The position numbers and the translations under genes are program-made. The notes beneath the pieces are model-generated. The model had not been told where the DNA came from and did not search any database. It saw nothing but the letters and a program-made list of their open reading frames with translations. A stretch of DNA of 64,000 nt from a virus: IMG/VR virus record IMGVR_UViG_3300027763_000039, positions 32,001 to 96,000 of that record, one strand, 5' to 3'. Positions 42,801 through 48,268 of this stretch are shown here, one piece after another. The first letter of the stretch is position 1. Every line of letters begins with the position of its first letter.

Positions 42801-45800
42801 CGGCATTTTGATCTCCTAAATCAGCTGCTTGTCTAGTACCAAGACTCACTCCTCCGACTACTTGATCTTCTGCTGACCTATAAGCTGTATCGAAATCGAC
42901 AGAAGGATTGGCTGTTGCTATCTGATTTACAATTTTAGCTAATAGATCATCTACTGCTTTTTCAGCCTGTGCTGATACCGCATCAAAACTCGCTACTGCT
43001 TCATATGTTGTGCCACCCCCAGCAAATCGTTGTATTCCACGAACAGCACCACCAGAACGATAGCCTAAAGCTTTAGTTGCAGCTTCACGAAGAATAAAGC
43101 TACCTACTGGTAAGTTTATCGGCCCTATACTATCACTAGTTCCTGTACCCGAACCTTTAAAAACACTAATTCCCCCAGAAGAAAATGAACTCATTCCATT
43201 ACGATCTGCTTGATTCATTCGGTTGAGTTTACCATATCCTATTGCCTTGGCTGTTTCTGGTGGAACATAAGCCTCACCATTAGAAACCATAGCTTGAACA
43301 TGTCCACCCGATGCATAACCTCTAGCTTTAAGATAATTACCAATTTGGTCTTTTAGTTCTGCTGGGCCATTAAGGGTAAGTTTAGCATCTGTTGGAATAT
43401 TTTGAGGAAGATTAAAATATTTAGCAGCATCCTGAAGACCATCTGGGAAGTCGATACCATAATTGGTGGCGGCTTTATTTGCTATTGGACCACCAAGCTG
43501 ATGAATAATACTTTCAGCCATATATCCCTGAGCATTGGCCTCGCCCATCTTTTTACGATCAGAAGATTTAACTTTTTTATTCTTATATAGATAGGTGTTA
43601 ATACCTGCTGCTTTTGCTGCATTAATATTTCTCTCATCATCATCAATAAATGAACCAGACTTGTCCATCTCTTTAAGTTTAAGTTCGGCAATTTGTTCAG
43701 CAGTACGATCTGGACCACCAACACCTTTAATTCTATCTATTGGTATTGGGAGTCCATTTTTAGCTAACCATGTAGCAATCAAACCCATAGTTGCTTGTGG
43801 CCTAGCTGAAATCACATGTAAATTATCAAGTAGTTCTGGAGTTTTCTTAACTTGACTAACAAGAGCTTTACCTAATTTGCTAAGTGTAGCTTTTGCTAGA
43901 GCCCTCTCTACTTTTGTCTTATCAGAAAATTCACTAAATCTTGGTTTTCTAGGATCAGATAGAATTTTATCAGCACCAAAAGCTAATGTCCTATCAAAAT
44001 CAGAATATATGGGACCAACTTGTTTTAAAATATCTCTAATCATTACATTCTTGGTTAAGTTTTGACTTTCACCACTCATCGCTTGAGCCATCCTCTTGAT
44101 GTCTCTTCCAGCAGCGTTTTTATCTAGGACACCACTAGTAATTCTAACTTTAACTGGATTATTTAGTCCTGGAATATCCATTCTGGGAGTTGTAGCAAAA
44201 GCTTTGCCCTTGAATCCAGCAGCACCAAACAATAGACCCTCTGTAGTTGCTTTTTGTATATCCAGATCATTTGCTGCTTTAATTCCAGAAGTTTTCTTTG
44301 TATAAGCTGCTAAGATTTGATCTTTGATGCTTTTTTCCTGTGGACTTAATGCATTTTTTTTCTTTAATATTTTGAGTATATCACCAGCATTTGCTCCACT
44401 AGCTTGCATTGCTCCTTGTAGAGTAAGAACTTTTAATATTTCGCTAGAAGTAGCTGTTGTTCCTGCTGTTGGAGTTACCAAACCAGCATTAGCAAACTTA
44501 CGAATAAAACCTCCGGAAGCTCTATTATTTTTCCCTTGATTTTTTGCGTATAAATCTCTAATTTCATTCATTACCAAATCTTTATTAGGCATCTCATAAA
44601 CATTAATATTACCGATGTCCTTAGACTCTGGAGAAGAAAGAGTAAATGGCCTAGTTAAATTTCTAACCACTCTTGCTCTTAATAACTTATCTAAATAATC
44701 TGTTTTAGACACCATACCAGAAGGACGAAATTTTACTTCTCCTACTGATTTTCCATCTGCACTAATAAGATCTACGGGATAACTATTTCTACGAGGAATA
44801 TTTTCAATTTCTCCAGTTGGTATATATTGTTTTCCTACTCGTTCTTTTATAGTTCTAGAAAGTAATCTCTCATATGCTTCAGACCATTTGGGGCTCTCAT
44901 CTGCTGTTCCAAGCTGACTAATTCTTCGTGCTCCTTCTTTACCAGCTAAAAAGTCTTTTGGTGATTTATCACTTCCTCTTCTTCCTAAAAGATTAGAGTA
45001 GCTTTGCATTTGTGTTGGAGTAGCTTTATTTTTTCCTAATGAAAATCTCTGATTTGTTGGAGAAATAGGTAGACCTTTTCTCATGTCATTATAAATTTCT
45101 CTTGCAATACTCTTAACGTTCAATCCTAACATCCACGGCTCTATCTGTTTAATAAATCCTGAAGCACTATCTTCATTAACGTTCATATACCTAGCTATTT
45201 TAGGATTTTGAGAAATTAATGAAACAGCTTGAGGTAGTTTTTGGATAGATACTGGTCCTACTTTTCCTCCTCCAGCATGTCTATTAATACGATGAAGATT
45301 TCCTACTCCAATACTACGAACAGCACTTTTTCTAAGAACAAACTCTCCCGGCGTTAACATGGCCGGAACAGTATCTCCATCTCCAGAACCTGGAACATGA
45401 CCACCAGCAGCAAAAGCTCTGATTTGTCCACCCTGATTATTTCTGGTGGGTCTAATACCACCAATAAATCCTCTACCGAACTGACCAAGAGCAGACAAAC
45501 CTCTCATTGCAAATATAGCACCAAGAGCTGGTAATGCTCCCTTGGCAGCATCTGTTAATCGAATTAAATTACTAGTTAAATCTAAAGATAATTTAACGAA
45601 AGACTGAAATCCAGAACTTTGTCCAATGGATCTTACTAAGCCTACAAACTCATTTCTTACTTTTGCCATTTGAACAGCTAAAGATTGTTGTGCGGTGGCA
45701 GCATCAATTGCTAAAGAGTCTTGTCCACTTTGTGCAACCTTTAATGCTGCTTGAGCAGTTGCGAACTGTTGAATTAATGGAATCACCTTACCAATCTGAC

Positions 45801-46995
45801 GAAAACCACCAAGTTCTTCTACAATTCTGGAGAACTTTAAATCTCGGGGATCTAATTGAGATAGTCCTTCACTTAATCTTCTAACAGCTTCGTATGGTCC
45901 AACGAATTTACCTTGAAGGTCTGTTAGTGTTACACCATATTCTTTAAGGGCATCGATTGTGTCTCCTCTTTGAATTCTGGTAAAAATTGTTCTTAAACCA
46001 GTAGCAATAGTTTCAGCACTTTCACGAGTTGTAGCTCGAACGCTAGTAAACACAGCCATAAATTCATTTAGAGCTTGAGTACCTTCACTAACACCCTTAC
46101 TAGCTGTAGCAAACACACCACCGGTACGCTGAATAGCAGTAATAATATCACCGGCTTCAACAGCAAACTTAGCAGCTACCGCATTAACTGAACCCAATGC
46201 ACTATCTAATTCACCAGCACTAATACCAAACTGTCTCATTAATGCGATACTACCTTCTACGGTACTATTCAAGTTATCGAATGATGGAGCTAATGCACTA
46301 AGAGCTAAAGCTTTTAATGCCTTCTCTGTATCTCTAGCACTTAAACCAGCCTGAGCTAATGTGCTAGATACTTTAATTAATTCGTTAGATGACACACCAA
46401 ACTTGGTTGATAATTCAGTAATTTCGCCAACCAATCCACCAAGATTCTTTACGGAAGTATCAGTAACCTGAGATACTCTGACTAATTCTTGATTAAAAGC
46501 AATAAAGTCGGTTGTTGCAGATGTCAGGGCGTTGGATACTTTATAGATGACAGCTGTTACTGTGCTAATAGCAGCAAATCTACGAGCAGCCAATGCTGAT
46601 TGGCGACCAAATTCCATAAAAGCTGAAGTTGTATTATGAACCGCAGCAGAAGCCGCAGCGTTTTGTTGAACAACATTTCTTGTAGCAGCATTAATCTGTT
46701 GTAAGTTTGCCGGTAGATTAGCAGCACTATTATTAACTTGTTGTATAGCTGTTCCAAGATTTCTCAAAGATAAAGCTGTAGCATTTGCTGAGGCATTGGT
46801 GGCCTGTAAGGTATTAGTAAAATTTCTAAAAGTTTGATTAAGAGTAGTAATATTACGAGTTACATTAGGATCAACACGAACATTAACATCAGCATTAATA
46901 GTTCCTAGTTGTCGCCTAATATCAGCAACAACAGTCCTAATGTTAGATGGTCCTCGTAAATTTAACTCTGCTGTAAGATTAAAACCTCTAGCCAT
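30844..46995 (-). CDS. Tail tape measure protein (5383 aa) with multiple inserted enzymatic domains
   Basis: N-terminal TP901/PhageMin_Tail-type core (FNQELVRVSQVT..ELSTKFGVS..LAQAG..TRESAETIATGLRTIFTR), hydrophobic helices near 42254-42460, repeated DTVPAMLTPGEFV module; located after tail tube and chaperones; GAGGT RBS. Confidence 0.9.
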   Translation of the reverse strand: MARGFNLTAELNLRGPSNIRTVVADIRRQLGTINADVNVRVDPNVTRNITTLNQTFRNFTNTLQATNASANATALSLRNLGTAIQQVNNSAANLPANLQQINAATRNVVQQNAAASAAVHNTTSAFMEFGRQSALAARRFAAISTVTAVIYKVSNALTSATTDFIAFNQELVRVSQVTDTSVKNLGGLVGEITELSTKFGVSSNELIKVSSTLAQAGLSARDTEKALKALALSALAPSFDNLNSTVEGSIALMRQFGISAGELDSALGSVNAVAAKFAVEAGDIITAIQRTGGVFATASKGVSEGTQALNEFMAVFTSVRATTRESAETIATGLRTIFTRIQRGDTIDALKEYGVTLTDLQGKFVGPYEAVRRLSEGLSQLDPRDLKFSRIVEELGGFRQIGKVIPLIQQFATAQAALKVAQSGQDSLAIDAATAQQSLAVQMAKVRNEFVGLVRSIGQSSGFQSFVKLSLDLTSNLIRLTDAAKGALPALGAIFAMRGLSALGQFGRGFIGGIRPTRNNQGGQIRAFAAGGHVPGSGDGDTVPAMLTPGEFVLRKSAVRSIGVGNLHRINRHAGGGKVGPVSIQKLPQAVSLISQNPKIARYMNVNEDSASGFIKQIEPWMLGLNVKSIAREIYNDMRKGLPISPTNQRFSLGKNKATPTQMQSYSNLLGRRGSDKSPKDFLAGKEGARRISQLGTADESPKWSEAYERLLSRTIKERVGKQYIPTGEIENIPRRNSYPVDLISADGKSVGEVKFRPSGMVSKTDYLDKLLRARVVRNLTRPFTLSSPESKDIGNINVYEMPNKDLVMNEIRDLYAKNQGKNNRASGGFIRKFANAGLVTPTAGTTATSSEILKVLTLQGAMQASGANAGDILKILKKKNALSPQEKSIKDQILAAYTKKTSGIKAANDLDIQKATTEGLLFGAAGFKGKAFATTPRMDIPGLNNPVKVRITSGVLDKNAAGRDIKRMAQAMSGESQNLTKNVMIRDILKQVGPIYSDFDRTLAFGADKILSDPRKPRFSEFSDKTKVERALAKATLSKLGKALVSQVKKTPELLDNLHVISARPQATMGLIATWLAKNGLPIPIDRIKGVGGPDRTAEQIAELKLKEMDKSGSFIDDDERNINAAKAAGINTYLYKNKKVKSSDRKKMGEANAQGYMAESIIHQLGGPIANKAATNYGIDFPDGLQDAAKYFNLPQNIPTDAKLTLNGPAELKDQIGNYLKARGYASGGHVQAMVSNGEAYVPPETAKAIGYGKLNRMNQADRNGMSSFSSGGISVFKGSGTGTSDSIGPINLPVGSFILREAATKALGYRSGGAVRGIQRFAGGGTTYEAVASFDAVSAQAEKAVDDLLAKIVNQIATANPSVDFDTAYRSAEDQVVGGVSLGTRQAADLGDQNAAKAVADAQRKQVASLTRQIRATDSSVSVSMAKAAAERKVADAWGGLYKAVQTNTQSQSRLAQSFPTLSKAFQGASRGLGSIRSRIMGPSDEEIGNMSDSQRAQYEAKRDRRARYMNGGLALAFAAPMAAEAVGSMVGGSNGRGVAAAGTAFGGAVSVGAQFGPWGALAGAVAGAVLAVDSFGKAVAEADIDVSKKKIEGSATNAEAQLEKLNKNPKDAAITSSIIQNFKSIAAEEEKISAKQAELRQPSYLTRGLEAASFGMYKAAKPTDKQIAEEETANQKVAGEIALKTITAKVEGGSNIQEALSSFGGDKDLAKLNIAQTNEKFNLENKKLENIKKTPGQDPQIIADVEKRQKELIDVYFKEETATLQATVAERSRVQALQQSARTLNLASVSISKTFENMDQAIAAATMGLDKASQRIDEIASGQASLKTEFKSKDVLKNPNAYSQKERQTAISQVSGMFGTDKKFVEGLSKFGSSAEDTITKIAVKAQQSGNGSSETLGDDITRELTQQLIDTFGDNRISDAIREQLKGAVKDNIKQNDGVLDPQSLIESTGGLKQLIDSQKKSFNTMLGQYEFIEKGLNQYGEAVQKAAELQTQAIGKFASLQGYLSDSTVSLKEALGEGRRISLKERASGRYTEAAINAGIKPGSLTAANLTNQRTMLMGQQAAVQGNISKLENSGNAADPAVISLINKQKEALANLNRQIAATEKGLETLPDLIKQDMQDTLSKISQLRSEKESKTQAGASFGEKLVTSTPTELKNLNSTYDLLNRTLNGQITTINQSISAQQAYQKVIEDGGTHMDAVGAAQEAFASDAKNTFGLFNELITVSGLDNTDPQRAGNLRADLIENTARNQGLNVQNNPFLREIVANLRAAPKEDPQIKALENLYKQQQAALGEATQKAINPLLEKQAQILNTANTALITALTNLTNAFNNAQGRNEGLGLARPGNVMTRAQGGPVYAASGTLVNYEPRGTDTVPAMLTPGEFVVNRSATQNNLPLLKSINSGKYAKGGVVYLAGGSTNPVQIANVIDPLVANMISGSDDAGDALNIIARGNRYRVPSNLSPRDPLFKFLLARQGDPAMTGARVRREWNAAVRASRLGINDPIFKPYIQQITEVKLAGLDLGDNDIPEIRRPRNVNPNGLERWLGIQPVKPKPPASLLNRTGNMLGSAYQGARSVIRNPGAALSYGASQAPGIARAAAPIAGRFFGSIFGAVSGAMADPRLTNRNRLVNTGLGMLTGTGETMGDVGAHSMIGWATGVEQGTMLDRQLGNFSQLGLTSVEHATMGVPAQFAPITAALAMNIQETAGYLADANDATTSEIRTNRNLQASRRPRRPNDHLGGFDLNAFQRSAVERKAELLRLKKKDQAARGNSQGTSSNQNFYDEQIRLIDDSFNTMDTVPGIFWDTKQDKNRGTGASSARLDAATEAHVQYLDEQERKSELAAEQKRAEKAKKVERQRQEERRQTRATQVRATANRAVQTAVPYVSSVANAAVSGFQTINRNNQENINRRRAANESQADRWVDRPALPPGAAKVAFDGDTVDVYKQTDKLNKEKQEIEAEIDRYKYKDPKDMSKEQKRDKEKLLQQLEDKNRQIVSLNNKAFVDIPLAEQDRLWKNYEKKQEREANRAQILASNRANSRRFNLELAVGKAVGMGAPDKFRSPEAFMGWREQALSKLRGKFNLSGSPRLDEKLLTKYGLSADAAKDLFRPFTPEQAEALIQTMSQQTVGGNYKYSDRDIAILRMSQDQIEQVAFRIYNKSGDYGADVATMAERKRLEKAQGKTFAKLLRNFSSIDRMAARGQGMNPGQQAMLKNNISKQLTKMGYINPEDTDAANAARLSAFNINNTVGLLYPRVAAGNPAFRVAQGSSNGGMIYAADGTLVDYQPRGTDTVPAMLTPGEFVVNAKATSQHLPLLQAINKSKGGVIYRSVGGETKTLDSTQQSSQIRDKELNSRLQQEIANNAKNNLGLSTKISDTTKNTKDQQLPKLVNNTDTINRNNLTRFDKVDVTEQRLLKNTDDLKKQNKTNLSQTSDSLGYMMDRDSTHYELSTAHFALSNRMDAKLDRLLLLAAAPPMIPPAPPAGAQNGPPLPGAPPGAGNLPVNPGGAGAQFSKGGIVYASAGKLINYQPKGTDTVPAMLTPGEFVVNAKATSQNLPLLQAINKDKGGVIYAEKGKHIPSQDLSFEDVALGKGLPAKFSPRTPAYGSKAELDKAVAEGYNAAISNDEELKSQPLGKLDHLQYRRAFPYVERHKLDTKIRTHYQPPFDTRFSGSLMGKEGQEVIHVDPKKGSYGLLMHEMRHAAFGSTDESQRSETFMTNEDLDWAVQVYNAKYPNNPISMSRAEYLTRPFEIDARLGAVRQIMKRHQQALVSANKPVPYKTVEQAYHYFLANRNSLNRSEDSGFATEDLDFYTMFKDKYETMMAMRMAELYSNGGVVYAQDGRQINKPSLEDIRAQRKADYENEKLRRKQVAGIKRKDKQSNKAKLTPEQIEKARQEARIASILKNWGNPEESSQLRNSRQYWNEYGNYSDAVGGSPAVNFRTWMKENYPGVKGDRLEKMIKDFDPEDANATTYSKGGIIYAHEGTLVPRIMDPRLGQQNQSDMPEMTPTQGELDWARRQQQAHVANRDAEGFDWNAPEGVISAYGPPPGPGPLGAPFHERMNMFSDIVGSFLFGLPGAGPKPSPQTRVPRAKTPLLKQPVVLPAPRPERAPLGFEDLGTRGAANPKAGGVKGTGLTSTDTQATAQVFDPSKTMSQSRTLAEYQKSLKDARDIEFKRLEKLKTQWAKEQLAEYQKQEKEGTLRPDTKSRNQQGLPVYRSLEERADEIASYRVRSHQQTLDAAYTSAKNSSEYDFASNRTVDTNKITGASSFIKPQAKPTFSKFIETKDFDIDSIQRLIQYPQPVFDSLVETLYQLTGTSGELPKTFNRTNLLFGDQEIGITGIGAKAPGVAQQPVGRMGVRDTIGRENIQTALKEVLLSNFRSEMGKFERVNLGPVDEMNASRYKDRGLIGTAEQKVGGTYGAKVEGTGNFYQPESESAAAEFLSRHTNFNLTQADTDPKLAQSRGGFLIETARGVLEDAKQKVMIKLQQSLLAQQNKPQTPDVPGAPASNKIRILSPYDNTNADKFNSEVFGEDAREIIAFYEDPKTGSANQGWGRVSAKPIDNQKTFKIETSLAKKGYGESLYHAIIEYITKIGGSVIPDDSQTPDAKKLWKKLEKHPDISAGENGYTKKPSLITDTTRVESGVGEDYIRRPTTSYEIEQQGYGDLVKPVSPTPVTPIPSSKAKAFGQFKSQGGIVYAQNGVLVPGSRLMDPRLGQQNQNYMPEMTPTQGELDFANQQAKLQTQRAKITTDNSGRQWHTPTGEISAYGPPAGPGLLGASFLERAGAAWNMFTDIAEAAVAGGATTTNAGSRQSIRGAKTPITKSSAPLDVPKASKTVPLFHASNTGLEDSILKSFQKEGGKSSIAKGYGQGQGLYTYTSREAAEKHARSIMQGTLTGADTRGKPMIVKFDETLDPSRFDLDYELNKSYVARWLHDNFDQVQSVLSDMKYSPLLKKLELQDPSGKTLRGIQTQTFASPNSGGGGLADSWLMQQQTRLPSRRAIYDSTDAVTRDGEVLSQIMKFIGKRNPEMLQKFREGFFETMPPGSAIKYIGSDNLAPSNIDVLAKARGGVVYANNGMLIPYQPRGTDTVPAMLTPGEFVVNRQATQQNLPLLKSINSGAQGFSSGGVVYLESGGETPKKRKYTQDRDERRQLDQLRLAAIEAERKQTRDSIEAERKALGERVKEAQINKAEEYKYRGIPRQIQQAPPQGNQTNQQNQQQNQAMFTQGNQQMNPQMSQRVNMAAQAAFDPQHAGDVDKQLAIFGTLLTGSNQVLTQFGMALENMIQSMGATPVGGGVNNNSRGQLDGLSQFTSTFNRFIGQLEQIKIPEQVNLQGTHRVEVVINGASVFANMQEPIQRMILDQVNGAMNKLAMKTEGVLQV
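31583..31794 (-). repeat. TMP gpH-like module, copy 5
   Basis: ARGGVVYANNG..YQPRGTDTVPAMLTPGEFVVNRQATQQNLPLLKSINSG..SSGGVVY. Confidence 0.92.
31800..32485 (-). other. ADP-ribosyltransferase-like (H-Y-type) domain within the TMP
   Basis: PLFHAS (LY/FH-G/A-S/T strand), GQGQGLYTYTSREAAEKHA (GxGLYF-like strand plus helix), GKPMIVKF. Confidence 0.68.
32608..32922 (-). repeat. Duplicated ~100-aa cargo leader, copy B
   Basis: QGGIVYAQNGVLVPGSRLMDPRLGQQNQNYMPEMTPTQGELD..ISAYGPPAGPGLLGASFLER..NMFTDI. Confidence 0.88.
33130..33440 (-). other. GNAT acetyltransferase domain within the TMP
   Basis: AKKGYGESLYHAIIEY (acetyl-CoA loop) followed by VIPDDSQTPDAKKLWKKL. Confidence 0.7.
34795..35076 (-). repeat. 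Duplicated ~95-aa cargo leader, copy A
   Basis: KGGIIYAHEGTLVPRIMDPRLGQQNQSDMPEMTPTQGELD..ISAYGPPPGPGPLGAPFHERMNMFSDI. Confidence 0.88.
35510..36270 (-). other. Zincin-like metallopeptidase domain within the TMP
   Basis: LLMHEMRHA (HExxH, 35893-35907) followed by YLTRPFEIDAR (third-ligand E..AR pattern). Confidence 0.72.
36271..36462 (-). repeat. TMP gpH-like module, copy 4
   Basis: SKGGIVYASAG..YQPKGTDTVPAMLTPGEFVVNAKATSQNLPLLQAINKDKGGVIY. Confidence 0.92.
36995..37190 (-). repeat. TMP gpH-like module, copy 3
   Basis: SNGGMIYAADG..YQPRGTDTVPAMLTPGEFVVNAKATSQHLPLLQAINKSKGGVIY. Confidence 0.92.
39737..39936 (-). repeat. TMP gpH-like module, copy 2
   Basis: AQGGPVYAASG..YEPRGTDTVPAMLTPGEFVVNRSATQNNLPLLKSINSG..KGGVVY. 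Confidence 0.92.
43012..43320 (-). repeat. Two tandem degenerate copies of the TMP module
   Basis: YASGGHVQAMVSNGEAYVPPETAKAIGYGKLNRMN and FSSGG..GTSDSIGPINLPVGSFILREAATKALGYRSGG..FAGGG. Confidence 0.75.
43580..44015 (-). other. HAD-superfamily phosphatase domain within the TMP
   Basis: Motif I IYSDFDRTL, motif II VISAR, motif III K (ELKLKE), motif IV FIDDDERNINAAKAAGINTYL. Confidence 0.82.
44525..44900 (-). other. PD-(D/E)xK nuclease-like domain within the TMP
   Basis: WSEAYERLL..YPVDLISADGKSVGEVKF (E..D..ExK). Confidence 0.5.
45260..45415 (-). repeat. TMP gpH-like module, copy 1
   Basis: FAAGGHVPGSGDGDTVPAMLTPGEFVLRKSAVRSIGVGNLHRINRHAGGG. Confidence 0.9.
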
Positions 46996-47007
46996 AATTT
47001 ATACCTC

Positions 47008-47048
47008 AAAAAAATAACACCACACTGTCGAGTAACAGTATGGTGCTA
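47008..47048 (-). terminator. Intrinsic terminator/attenuator immediately upstream of the TMP gene
   Basis: On the - strand TAGCACCATACTGT-TACTCG-ACAGTGTGGTGTTA (14-bp stem with two G-U pairs), then T7, then the GAGGT RBS. Confidence 0.78.
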
Positions 47049-47075
47049 TAAGTGAAACAAAATTTAGAAAAAATA

Positions 47076-47957
47076 TCAGACAGTTTTATCTGATGGAGTT
47101 GGTTCTGGGGCTGGTGTAGTTGTAGGAGTTGTTTCATCTTTTTTAGTTTCTTCTTTATTGCTTTCTAATACAACGGGCTTTCCTTCTTCGTCCAAAAATG
47201 GCTGTGCTTCAACTACATAGTCACCTTCTAGATCTACCCTATTGCCGAACTTATCAACAAAGTTACCCTGCTCATCAATGAAACGATTATTCTCATCGAT
47301 CAACCTACCTTCAGCATCAACCAAACGACCCTGCTTATCAACAAGCCTTAACTTTTCATCAACAAATTTATACTTCTGTAAAAACTTGTTTTCTGGTAAA
47401 GTCTTCTCAAAATTATTATCCAACCCATAAATTATATTAGCCAATTTCTGAGCACCGAGCAAAGCTACTGGGTCATCTGCTTTGTTCAAATACTCTTCCA
47501 AACTCTTAAAATAAGGCTCATTAGTATCTTTATACACCACACAAGCGGATACTAAATAATTAAACCTAGCATTATCAGCTTGACCTTCAGCACTATGATT
47601 ATCTAAAGATGTACGAACACTAATTAGGTCTCTTATTTCGGCCCTAATTTCTTTCATCTTTAAAGCAAGGTCTTTAGCATCCTTTAGACCGAACCCACCC
47701 TTAGCTAATCTCTTTTCTCCATCTAATAGTTCTTGTTGCAGATCGGAGAACTTTCTCTGCTTTTCCTTGTTCCATAAGCCCTGTTCTTCTAAGAGATCAT
47801 CCATCTTTGCTCTAACCACAGATTTACTCTTTATAGCGTCTGTAAAGGCTTGGTTATAAGTTTTCTGGGCTTCTCTTTGATCATTTAAAGAGGGTGAACG
47901 GACCACGAAATGCTTCTCTACATTATCAACAACCACACTAAAGTTATCAGTTTTCAT
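47076..47957 (-). CDS. Putative tail assembly chaperone (gpG-like)
   Basis: Directly upstream of the TMP; helical N-domain paralogous to 48269-49309; C-terminal 7-aa repeats. Confidence 0.55.
   Translation of the reverse strand: MKTDNFSVVVDNVEKHFVVRSPSLNDQREAQKTYNQAFTDAIKSKSVVRAKMDDLLEEQGLWNKEKQRKFSDLQQELLDGEKRLAKGGFGLKDAKDLALKMKEIRAEIRDLISVRTSLDNHSAEGQADNARFNYLVSACVVYKDTNEPYFKSLEEYLNKADDPVALLGAQKLANIIYGLDNNFEKTLPENKFLQKYKFVDEKLRLVDKQGRLVDAEGRLIDENNRFIDEQGNFVDKFGNRVDLEGDYVVEAQPFLDEEGKPVVLESNKEETKKDETTPTTTPAPEPTPSDKTV
47217..47363 (-). repeat. Seven tandem 7-aa (21-nt) repeats
   Basis: VDEKLRL VDKQGRL VDAEGRL IDENNRF IDEQGNF VDKFGNR VDLEGDY. Confidence 0.85.
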
Positions 47958-47958
47958 A

Positions 47959-48264
47959 TTAATTGTCCTTCCTGTCTTGATTTTTAATTACCGGGAATGA
48001 ATAGTGATATTGTGTCTTAAACAAACCACCGTGTCTATAAAAGTCTTCTTTAAGATTTCTAATTTGCGTATTACCATGATTCAAAATTTGATTGCGAGTA
48101 TAATCCCACATATCAGCAAATTCTTCTTCTTTTTGTGATAGTTCTCCTTCTTTATCATGGCCCCACAAAAAACCAAAATTGTCTTCCATGCGAGCTAATG
48201 CTCCTATCATGGTTGTTTGGATCCTCTTTTCCATATAAAATCTTAGCCTATCTGGATCATACAT
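47959..48264 (-). CDS. Hypothetical protein in the tail operon
   Basis: AAGGGA RBS, tight packing with neighbours. Confidence 0.7.
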   Translation of the reverse strand: MYDPDRLRFYMEKRIQTTMIGALARMEDNFGFLWGHDKEGELSQKEEEFADMWDYTRNQILNHGNTQIRNLKEDFYRHGGLFKTQYHYSFPVIKNQDRKDN

Positions 48265-48268
48265 AAAA

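Noticed and set aside
30844-46995. TMP inserts as inteins or introns, or the repeats as assembly artefacts
   Set aside because: No C/S...HN splice motifs at the boundaries, a single open frame, and repeat copies differ heavily at synonymous sites
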